From Ascidiella aspersa (taxonomy: Eukaryota), in NCBI GenBank assembly GCA_963924565.1, contig OZ004613.1, positions 13,268,001 through 13,332,000 of the forward strand: a stretch of DNA of 64,000 nt. The letters are read 5' to 3'. Of this stretch, positions 39,701 to 51,269 are shown piece after piece. The first letter of the stretch is position 1; the number at the start of each line of letters is the position of its first letter. Made by a program: the position numbers and the translations under genes. Below the pieces are notes generated by a model. That model saw nothing but the letters and a program-made list of their open reading frames with translations, was not told the DNA's origin and did no database searches.

Positions 39701-42700
39701 TGCTGTTTCGCCATATATATATATTGCTGCCATTAAATCGTGAAACGTATAACATTTGTAAATCTTCGGGTTTGTAGTTTTTCAGTATCGGTTTAATTCT
39801 ATTTTGGCGTACCGGTACTTGCCTTAAATATTGGGTTTGTTATCGTTGTACAAAATTGTTTACGACTTCCAACGTGGTATTTTGGTTTGCCATGCTGTTG
39901 AATTATTATATCGATGTTTTTAGATTTCAGGAACTGAATTTTCGCTTTGCCTGGTTTTGGCTGACAACGATCAACAAGTCTTGCTTCAAAATCTCGGCTC
40001 TCTTCCCTCAGATTCCTTTCTATATCATCGACTCGACCTGGTTCAACCTAAGCAACAGTGTTATCATGGAAACAACTTTTGCTCAAAGGGTTAGAGTGTT
40101 CAATGCATGTAATGCGGAAATAAGTCAATTATTCCACGCCTGATTCGGCTTAAACATTTTTTCCCACATGGATTTTGTCGAAATTAGTAATAACAAAATG
40201 CATGCTGTTATATCTAATGTAATGTTTAGGACATAAGTATATTTATCATATCAGGGTTAGGTCGAGCATTTATTGGAGTAGTCGCTTATTTACATTAGTA
40301 TAAGATTAACGCACAGCACAATAGATAGTTAGAAACATGTGACTACAGAGCACGTGGCTGAGGGACGGCGGGTAACCTCTCCCAGTAGAACGGCGTGATT
40401 ATGCCATGACTGAAACGAAATATACAGTACGTTCCTGCAATATGGTGCCAAAAGCCAAAATGTTAATAGCTTTTCGGATCTGCCAAAATTTCTCACTGTT
40501 CGCTATGTTATATCCAACATGTATGTCTGCTCCTTAAAACGTCACAATGTGCATTTTATAACGTTTAGGACCTAAGAAAATTTATCGGGCCACAATTAGC
40601 TTTGAAACAAAATAAACAATCTGTTGTTGAGTTTTTCTTCAACTTTTATCATTTTGCTGCAGACCAAAGCTCAGTTGCTCTGGCGGCGAGGGCCTTCAAA
40701 GACCCTGAGCAATATATTTCTGTTCCTGAGACGGTAAATGACGTTACAAAAATGGCAAACTACATGGAGGGAAAGACGAGTAGTACCGTTTTAAAGGTAT
40801 GCGGTTGTCGGTTCGTTTAACTTAGGTACATCGTTATGAAAAGCGTTTAATGCCTATTCCAAATCTATAGCAGCTGTGACCTTTCTCCAATTACTGTCTG
40901 GCTTGCACTCTCAAAGCCTTTTAAAAGGAATAATTTTAAGAATACTTTTTACTCTTACCAAAAAATCAATTTTTTTTCATTAAAACAAAATAGTCTATTT
41001 AGTTTTTATCAATTGTAAAACTAAAATATGTTATTCAATTGGAAAATAATCACTGCATCACTGCATGGAATATAACCTACCCGTTTGGTTTTGTAGATTT
41101 ATATAAGTGAATTATGAAATCACTAATTTTACATGTCAGGCTGGCGTGAAAAATGAGGTGGTGGCCACTTACAAAGCAGAGGAACTTTGGAAGAAGATTG
41201 ATGAGGACGACTTGAGTAAAAACGTCTTCTGGAGATACGTAGCCACAAAGGAAGGCATGATGCGCATCTTTCCGGGGACTCAGTTGCCCAGCAATTTTGA
41301 TCCAACCACGCGATCCTGGTGAGTTAATTCATAGGCTTGATTCTCATCAATAATAATCTAAAGGATTTTAGGAAGCAAGGTGTCAGTGTGGCAAACTGAT
41401 GTGTAAAAAATGAAGATATATTTGCCGCCCGTACACGTAAATGACGACAATGACTTCATAAGGGAGCAAATATTTTCAGACTGTCCTGCCATGGTCTTCG
41501 TTCTAATTAAGAGACGGCGATGATGCCTTATTTTAAGGCGAAATACATATTTCTCTTTTAAATGACTAGATTTTATTAATGACTGACTTTGACCAAGACA
41601 GGAAAGTCTAAATAATATTGGAAAGGTTCACTGTGTTTCAACTTTTGTTTGTCAAAGTAGCCACTTATCAATTTGCTGTGAACGTTGAGATATAACCCAG
41701 CCTATATTATCAAACATATCCTGCTTTATGCCCCCCCGAGTGTTTATCGTTTTAGTCAATAAAAATTATTTCTTTAAATCCAGGTACGAATACACGCTAG
41801 CAAACCGTGACAAGTACGTTGTAACTCCACCGTACCGTGACGCGGCCAGTACACTCAGTGTGATCTCTCTTTGTCGAGCTCTGTTTGAGGGAAGGTAAGC
41901 GAAATGCACCGCGACCCTCACGATAAGCCAAACAATATAATAATGTGTCCCAGTAGCCACAGCTGCTAGTTGATGCAATAAAACGCATTTATAATTCGCG
42001 CCTACTCTTGACAGTTTTACTTTTTTCCTGTTTTGCTATCCTATTTAAAAACAAAAACATTTTTCAGTAGTTTCTTGATAATATAATCTATCCAAATTGT
42101 ACAACATTTTTGGCTGTATTGTTTATTCATGTTGCTGTTTAATAACACATTTACTAAAACTAAAAAACAGACAAGGTGGTGTCCATGATCCAATCAAGGA
42201 TAAGCTGATTGGAGCAATGGGAGTTGACATTGTGACGCCATACTTCATCCAGATTCTCTCACAGCTCTATCCATTCTGCAACGAAACAAGTCGATACTCG
42301 TGAGTGCGATCACTAAAACTTTAACCTTAACTTTTTTATTATTAAACATATTATTTCAAACATTCTTCGTTCGGCAGGTGTTTGGTGATTGATCACTCCG
42401 GATTCGTGATTGCTTCGCCTTCTTTCCTGAAAGCTCCTGAAACAGCATTTAACAGACATATCGCTGCAGAGGACAAAAACCTGGCCGCCGCCTTATTCGC
42501 CGCTAACATTCTGAAGCCGGCTCAATGCTCTAATATTGAAAACGGCCTGATTCAAAAAACCTTTACGGTAAAACGCTCGTATATTAATCAGGGATCTGCT
42601 AAGTATTTTATGTAACACACGGTGACATGGATAATGTGTTTCAACCACAGATCACAGTAAAACGATAGGTTGATATTCATTTCGAACTAAAAATAATTGA

Positions 42701-45700
42701 ATGAAATTTACATATTTTGTATCTTACAGTTTGTTCGTTTACAATGTAGACTTTTTATCATATCTTGGTATTTTTAAAACTTGCCGCTTGTTTAAGATTT
42801 CTGCCAACCAAAGCACGTACATCGGTCGGACCTTCTACCCCGACTGCTATTATTTCGAGTTGAAGCCGGTAGAGGGCACCAACGCGCTTATGCTCATGGT
42901 CGACAAATCTTCAAAGCGATGTTCGAACTTTGTCATATCAAGTTGTAGATGCACTCAATCATACAACGCGGATGTAAGTAACTTCTTTAAAATATATGTT
43001 TGCAAAGCTGCGTTAGCTTTTTAAAAAAATTTTTTTTTAATTACATGGAGTTCATTTAGATAGTAGTTCAATTTTTTTGTTCCAGACGCCAACCTGCTCA
43101 TCGTCTGCTTACACTAACTGCTCATGTCCATGCACCACCTATAATGGAGCATTTCACCCGTGCGAAAACCAATACCTAATTGACGGGTAAGAAATACACG
43201 CTTTGTCACATTTGAAGTTGTTGTTTCTTCCAAAACTAATTAGGTTTGCATAGGCAACCCTGACAAATAGTTTCTAGTATAACACCCTTGTGGTAGTAAA
43301 ACAGTTATTGTTTCACATATAAAATATTTATCAAGATCGGGGTTCCACTGTACTGATTTTTAATTATATTTTTTTACTAAACATAAAGGCGGGGATTTTT
43401 ACTTCTTCTAAAAAGGAAAGCTTTGTTGCTTCATTTTAAATTCTGTTAATATCTGGATGAAAGTCGATATAAAATCAATTTCATTTATTCATACAAAACA
43501 CGAAGGTATTTTTTTCTGCCTGTTTGGGGATAAATAATTGGCCTCAATGTATGACGCTTTTTTATTCAACCTGAAGTTGACATATTTGTGTCACGAAGGA
43601 TCTAAACAAAATAATAAAATATAGAATGACCATGTGACAAATGCACACTAGGAATTTAGTATGCCGCTATAACGCACAATTTGGGGCAATGTAACTATAT
43701 TCAATATTAAATTCAAAATATCCTACTATTCTAAAGTAGTAGATATCTGCTATATTTTCTTTCGACTTTTGACAAAATTGGCGGTTTCGATACATACATG
43801 GTTTTACAGCGATTTCTGTTTTAACCGTACAACCTGCTCCCCTTTTTCAGTTCGACACCCCCGCCGTGCACCCCGGATCAGGTCGATCTTACAAAAGTCG
43901 GTACACCTCCAGTTGACTTAACCACTCTTGGCAAGTGTTACAACATTGCTTTTACCGTACCCCGAAACAGCACCGCCAATGCCGGCGGCCAATCCACGAA
44001 TATCACAATTATTGTGGTGTGCGTCGTGGTGGGTTTGATTTTGCTTGCAATCATCTTCATGTGCTGCAGGAAGTGGAAGAGCGGTGCTTCCGTTGGACGT
44101 TCGGTAAGAACATAAAACTATTACTATTTACTTCAGTGACAGTTTACACTTGAAATAGTAAAAAATACACTTGTACAAATAATCCTTGAGCTGAGTAATC
44201 GTGACAAATTTTACATGAACAAAATTTTTCGTTTCCCAACCTTTTTTACACTAGTGCCCCCTTGGGCTCAATATTATTTCATATCGCCCCCCTCATCTTG
44301 CTTTACAGTAAAGTATTATATTAATCGTTGTCTAACATCATATTGTCTTCACTTTCGATTCGATAAGCTGTCAGTGATATTTTAGGTTGCCTAACATACA
44401 TTCACTATTGGAATTTATACATACATTATTTCACCAGGTTATGTCATTACCAGGAAAAATTCATATCTTTCTGCACCAAGACTTCAAATCCTTTTCTAGT
44501 CGCGGGCCGCAACCAAACTCATAAATGTCTCTGTGGGCCGCGCAAAATGTTAACTTAGAAAAATGTTAGAACAACTGTGAATCAGGCGGGCCTCGGATTT
44601 TTTTTATCCATACTAATAATGAAAAGTGTAATAGTGTTTGTTAATGTTTTGAAGTCCGGGCGCACCTGGCGATCGAAGCGAGCGCGATTTTTTGGGGTAT
44701 AACGGCATTTCTTTTAAATTTCCTGCTAGTTTTTATTTACCGTTAAAAAATATATGTCTAATATTTTTGAATACGTTTTCCGTTTGTCCGCGACACACTT
44801 GGCAGCCTTCCACGTCCCAACGGTAAAGAAGCGCTGATCTAGTCCAAAGACAGCATCAAAACGTAAACAAACTGGACGTAGAAAGACATTCGCGCAGCGC
44901 GAAAATTTTTCGCCCGTACTAAGTTAAAATAGTCAAAAAGTATTTAAAATGGACTCGTGTCTAGTTGTCAAAGAGGCGGCGGGTCGAGGGCCGTAGATTG
45001 GCGACCCCTACTTTAAATATACAAACATTTTGCCGCGTATAAAACGGTGAAACGCGCCAACAACCAACAGCTTTACATAAGAAAGCCAATTATTACGTAA
45101 CAATGGTCGGAAAACTACTACAAGTTCGCAGTACGGAAGTAGCCATTTAAGGTTAAAAGTTACCTACGTCCTACAGTGCTGTTTGTTACTATTTTTATGT
45201 GAACATTTTATCAAATTTTGATATAAGAACTTTCATGTAACACCCCCTTATGTGCGTTCAGCGCCCCCAAATCATGAAAAGACTCAAAACGCCCCCTTGG
45301 AACTCGCCAACGCCCACAAGGGGGCGGTACCGCCCACGTTGGGAACCTCTGCATTAAACGATGATATAAGAACGTATTTGTGCATTCAATAAGAATTGTG
45401 CAGATTAACTTTACTTGGCCGGGTAAACAGAAGTAAACATACTTCGCTATGAAAACCGAAATATTTTTTTTAGTTAACGGGAATGGTCAGCAACAGATTT
45501 CCTAATTATTCCTCTGGAAGACACTAAGTATAGAAGACCAATTGTTACTAAAAATGTCATCGAATAATATCGTAAACAAAATAAACCTTTGTCTTTTCAT
45601 AAACTTATCAAATTAAGTTATGGTCCTTACCACAAGCATACCATATTGAATGCCTTTTTTATCACGTTCTACTTTTGCAGTTATACACAATTTGGGGTGC

Positions 45701-46288
45701 TTATAAATCCACTTTCCAACTTTTTTTTGTTGTACCAGTGTATACCGGTATATCGTCAACAATTTTCAGTAAAACAGTCGTCGCAGGCATTAAATGTTTT
45801 ACTGAACAAAAAAAGATTTCTTACTGTTTCTATTTTTCAAAATAATCCATTCGTTTAACAATATCCCAAGTGATCATTTTAATGGCCTAATTTCATAACC
45901 TGTTATAGGTGCAATACCTTAAAATACGAGGTTATGAGAAGCTTAAGTTTTAATGGCGCATGCTATTTTTGAAGAATTTCGTCAGAATCAAGCCTGGTTG
46001 TCACTTCTTTATTTTTAGGATCTTAGTGCAGGGGAACAACTTTATTAGTCAAGAATTGTTAAATTTTTTTTCAGTATTTGATCTTGAATTAAATTGCCAC
46101 AGGCTCCAGCAACGATCCACACAGCTCCGGCACCAGCGGCCAACACAAACTACGGATACGCGTCTTCGCCGAGTGCACCCCCACAACCTCCCCCTACCAA
46201 CCCTTATTACACGGCCGATAAAGCACCACCTGGGCAATTCCCCCCGAGCTATTCCGCGTCAGTTGGCTACAACAACCATCCAATGTAG
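30721..46288 (+). CDS. CACHD1-like: Gene B: VWFA and cache domain-containing (CACHD1-like) type I membrane protein, ~1101 aa
   Basis: 23 GT-AG exons: 30721-30870, 31038-31100, 32717-32878, 33273-33481, 33800-33959, 34230-34377, 34568-34639, 35980-36117, 36308-36369, 37327-37465, 37644-37790, 38260-38377, 39562-39673, 39924-40089, 40663-40796, 41140-41318, 41784-41894, 42171-42299, 42378-42567, 42797-42973, 43086-43186, 43851-44103, 46103-46288 (3306 nt). Same intron phases as A. MIDAS DRSGS..GGT..SDG; TM ITIIVVCVVVGLILLAIIFMCC followed by RKWK; Pro/Tyr-rich tail. Confidence 0.9.
44231..45351. mobile_element. hAT-like MITE with a second decayed hAT-like element inside (~44490-45010), gene B last intron
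   Basis: GTTTCCCAACCTTTT ... GTTGGGAACCTCTG termini; inner GCGGGCCGC / GAGGGCCGTAGATTGGCGACCCCT ends; no clear TSD. Confidence 0.55.
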
Positions 46289-46987
46289 ACGATGAACGCC
46301 GCAAAACGAGATTTTCTTATATTGATTTTATTTTCTTATATTGACAAAACGAGATTTTCTTATATTGACGTCAATATCGTCCAGATAAACAAAATATAGG
46401 ACGTTAAAGCGTTTAAAGGTATTTTTTGAGACTAGTCAAAATATTCTTTCGCGTTCTAGGTTTCGTTGCCTTCAGTTGTTGACCTTTTTTAATGAATTCA
46501 CCTTTAAAGGTGGAAACTTTTTGCGTAGTGTTATTAAAAAAACAGATCCTCTGGTAATTGTAATTCATTTCTGCGTAGGATCGCAAATCAGAGATAAAAT
46601 ACCCATTTTATTTTGGTACGGGATCAGTACCGATACTGCCCGATTATTGGACGAGAAACAGATATACAATTTGACATCGGGTGTCGGCTCTGATCCGATA
46701 ATAGCTATACAATCAAAAAGGAATTGTCTGTTTGTAGAAAGCATTTGTTACGCTTCTTGAATGCACTTTTAAAACTTTTTTCTTCTTTAACACTATTTTT
46801 TATATTTTGTTTTCATGAATTGTTTAGCGCCATGCTTAGTTGTTTTACGAACTAAACAAACGAAACCAATGCTTGATTATTATAGCTATTCCAAATATGT
46901 ATCTAAAGAAGCTGTATTTAGGTTAACAAATGTATATCTTATACTAACCTTGTTGTTTCTGAATGATGTAGGAATCCTAAATCACAT

Positions 46988-49900
46988 CAACCTCTGCTTC
47001 TGTCATTCGCGCCATTTTATACAAAAGTGGTCGGATCTGAAAAGAATGGCAGTATGGCACTGTTATCTTCCATTAGGCACTGATTTTAAATAAGCAGTTT
47101 CCACACGGTTGATATTTAAAACGCATTAAGAGTTTTGCCTTATGATATGTGTAGGCGTAGCCACACTTTACCAAACAGGATTTATTGAAGCTCTCCTTGG
47201 GTGCCGTTTTCTCATTTTTATCGTGCCTTTTTAATCGGTTCTATAGTGCGGTATTTTTGCGGCGGCATACGACCGGACGGCGGTCGTGTAATAAATGTCA
47301 TCGCCTTACTGGTCACCCCGAAACTCTTACAAATCACATTTGTAACAAGGTAAGTAATGCACGTAGATGACGGGATTTAAAAGCTGGTTATTTGAAAATG
47401 TTAACATTGGACTGTAAACCATTGCATGTGGTTACAGCAGGCCGAAGCAAATTTCTCTCTGAAACGAATAATTTATAATGATACTACTTCGTCGTTTCGG
47501 AAAACCTCACAAATAAAATAAAGCTATTTGCTTGTACCACAGTAGCATTCGTAAAAAGATCAACAACATATATCCCCTTCACATATAACGTGCACGATCA
47601 AGTCGGCGACCGGAAGTTTTTGAAAAACCTTAGGGCTACAATTTTCTTTTTTTTGCTACAATTTTCTGGTCCACGGAAGTATTGAATTGAGCCAACAAGA
47701 CAAGCGTCGACATGAATAATAAGGATCTTATTTGTTGATAGCAAATGAAAGTACCATCTTTGAGGAGCTGCATGATATCCTTATAGCGCAGCACTCAATA
47801 TTTTTTGGACGCAAATTTTACATTGTCACTAGTATGGACACATCGTCACAAGCGCCTTCAGGGTTGAACACAATAACAAATGGTAAAACACATTAATAAA
47901 GCTGAAACGCAACAGTGACATACTAATAGAGTTTTTCAGACTTGCAGTCCACAATTTACTGGAAGCACACTTTGACATGTGGAGCACCACATACTAAAAT
48001 CTGAACTTTGCAATATGTTTGATATGAAAATCAGTTGGCGTTCTTCAAGCTGTTGATCGTCATTACATTCATCTGGTGGACGGGGCCTTTGTAAGGATTT
48101 TCGTCGACTTAAATCCTTCCCAGAACCCAGTATACACGAGATAGCCGGATTGGTCATTTGAAGATATTTATGCGCTTTTGTCTGGTGGAAATATATTGTC
48201 AACAAATAAACTAGTGCTCGGCTATCATCAACTTACAGGGACAAAAAGAGTTCTAAAAACAGCAATCAAAACGTCCATCGGTTTTTTGAATTTATAAGCA
48301 TTTTCAAGCTCAAAATACATTTCAGCTACTCATGAATACGGTTTGGGAAGACCTTATATTCGTCGTCTTTTATAATAGTGACTAGCTCGTCTATCCTAAT
48401 ACACATAAAATTTGCAACAACTGTTTCTCCGTGCAACATTAGTTAGTGAATATGGCAAACAAATACATGTTCGGAATTCCATAATTTGACTTTCAAAGAC
48501 ATCAACAAGAAGGAAACAGCATCACTTTCTCTAAGTGTAAAAATTGTTTATCTAGAAATCTTTGTACGTTGTTCAAGGACTGCACGAATTTGTAATAATG
48601 ATCATTTTTATCATCGCTTTATATTTTCACATGTCAACGTTATGACAACATTTTATGAATCGCAAACGATTGAAACCCTCCCAAAACACCCTTGCTTGGA
48701 GCGCTCCAGTGTAATGCGCATTTTGCAGCCATGCACGCTCTCGCCAATGCTTTTTCGGTAATAAACCCTCGGGCTAGTTCGGAAGCAGCACTTACAGTGG
48801 ATGTACCGAAAATAAGTTATTGGTAGCGTTCTGCAACAGCATGTTGGTGGAGTTTTAAAACCGAAGAATTTTAGTGGAGTTTTAAAACCGAAGAAATTCA
48901 ATTCCTGCCATCTTGATGGCCGACATGTTCGGGTACATTTCCGAACGGCGTAGGTTTACAGCATTTACCGACCACAAACCTTTAAAGCGAAAACGGCATA
49001 TTTTTACAAATGCCAACTCAAGTACGGATGCAGCCTACAGCACATCGCAGAAAGAAAACAAATTTGTGGCAGATGCACTTAGATCTTAACCAAACAATAA
49101 ATTACATCACATCGACTACGAATCGCGAGCCGCAGCACTTCAATACTTAGAGCTTAAAGACGTGTCCGCTCGAAATCCCGGCTCCAAACCAAAGATTATT
49201 GGCACTGCAAGATTTTCGACTTGTTGTGTGGATTATCACGACAATCGATGGTTCAAATTCTGCTTAGTGACGGAGTAGTGCCTCATTTTAAATTTTCCAG
49301 GGGTGTCGCACAACAATATAGTTTCATATCTGAACTCAAAAGCGATATTAATACACTTGCAGATATATGCCCCCCGTCCCTTGACATGAGCTTTTAAAAT
49401 CATTGTAACAAAAAATATAGCAATTGACATTGGGGGTTGCTGATACTAATAAAATAACTAAACGAATAAATACTAATAAAAGTTTATTGCTTGGTGTGTG
49501 GCAAGTACGACAAAACGTTTCAAAAAAGAATACATGGAAGGTGATAAATCTACACATTTATAACCTTTGTAATGTTGTTGTATTACTGAGAGTTGTTTTG
49601 TAGGAGAACAACTAATAATGGGAAACAAAGTTGAGAAAAAACAAATTGTCATACCAAAGCTATTTCCAAGACCGTATGTCAGTATCAGAACTGAATTGTT
49701 GGCATTTCTTGTGGTAATGGTGTTGTAAATATCCTGAACCGCGTTGTTTGGTTGGCTGTCCGACATAAACAGTATGACTTTATCCGCTGTGAAAAAGACG
49801 TTTTAAACGCAAGAGACTGAAATGTGAAGAATATCTATATTTCGTATAACAAGATGTCAACAATACTTGCGCTAAAATATTTTGAAAATAAATGTCTTTT

Positions 49901-51269
49901 AAAAGTAAACTTACCCTTTTTAATGCTTTTGCCAAACTCAAAAAAATCGAATGCTGCGTTTAGTGCAACGAGGTAGTTAGTTCCACCTAAAATGTTGTGC
50001 AATACAAAGATTTTATCGTCGACAATTCAAAAATCTTTAAACCAGGCGACACTTATAAATGTAAATTACATTTGGATAGTTACTTTAACCTAATGAAGCA
50101 GGGTTGTGTCATATTTTAAATTGTCTTTAAACAACGCTAGCAGATTTACGTTTTATTTAAATAATTTGTTGTACAATATTTCAATTTCCCTGCTATGTTA
50201 TTTTACTTAATGTTAGCCAAACAAGTTATGTGGTAGGCCTACACTAAAACGTATACAGATTCTTTAATAAAATGTTTTAGAATCCTTAGGCTTCTATTGG
50301 GCTAGTTCGGAAAGCAGCACGAAATGATTTAATTAATCCATATTTTCCAAGAGATATCTGCCAAGTTTGGCGTTTTGCGCTCGATTTTGGTTTCTCATTA
50401 GATGAAGGCGCGTGACCCAACTACTTAAAAAGTACGTCGCTTCGAACAGTTTGTTAAACCGTAACAAACAAGAACAAAAAACGATAATATCACTTAAAAA
50501 AAGGAGGGTAAGAACCCATCAACCCTCCCTGGATACGCCACTGGGGGCAATGGTTAATATATAAATTTTAACCTCCATTGGTAATACATACTACACTTAA
50601 CAAATAATACTAATAATCGCGTTTTAAAAGTCCAGGGAAGGGAACGAGATCTGCTTATATATATTATACGAGATCTGCTTATGCTGCTCGACTATACTTG
50701 ATATAACCTACATAGGTCTCAGGGTTGGAAAAAACCTACCGTACTTGGTTTGGTATGCACTTACTGTGTCCAGCAATTCAACACCCTGTAAATCATAACC
50801 ACTGAAGTTCAGAGTTTCCATATAATCCTGAAAAAATAAAAACATGCTAAAGATTTGCGACGCGAATATGACAGATGCAAGGCTGTATCTCTTCAGGATA
50901 CATTTACCTTTAAAGCCATGTTTTATTATAAACTTAAACTGTAATGTATATACTATTGCAAGCTACAAAAACCTAATCAAGCCAGCCACTGATCGCAGGT
51001 CTAAGCGTGAAGAAAATATTGAGCTGATTTGACTTACAGAGCATATTTACCTGCCTTTTATTTTGATGCTTTGAGCAAGCGTACTGATTACTTTAGTTTC
51101 GAAATCAAGTGTAACTTACATGCATTTCCTTGTACTTCAGCGAACGTTCAGTCAATTCCTTGACCTTGTTAGCTAGCAGATTCGAATCGGCTCGGGATAT
51201 TAAGGTGGAAGAACAGACGAATCCACTTAAAAAACAAACTAACAATGCAACTTGCACTTTCCTGATCAT
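46988..51269 (-). pseudogene. Gene A' - broken copy of gene A (exons 1, 2, 7, 8 and part of 9)
   Basis: ATG at 51269. Exons 3-6 are deleted, and an exon 2 (phase 0) to exon 7 (phase 1) join would frameshift. SDG is changed to SDS. The breakpoint lies inside exon 9. Confidence 0.88.
47310..49327 (+). mobile_element. Duplicated copy of the Ty3/Gypsy relic
   Basis: Near-identical to 18869-20790, plus ~105 bp absent from the first copy. Confidence 0.6.

Noticed and set aside
30721-46288. Calling gene B a CACNA2D (alpha2delta) subunit or the strict CACHD1 ortholog
   Set aside because: A true TM plus cytoplasmic tail favours the CACHD1 type, but orthology needs a phylogeny, so it is labelled CACHD1-like only.
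46303-46368. Short direct repeats (GATTTTCTTATATTGA) after the B stop codon
   Set aside because: Consistent with local slippage; no evidence of function.
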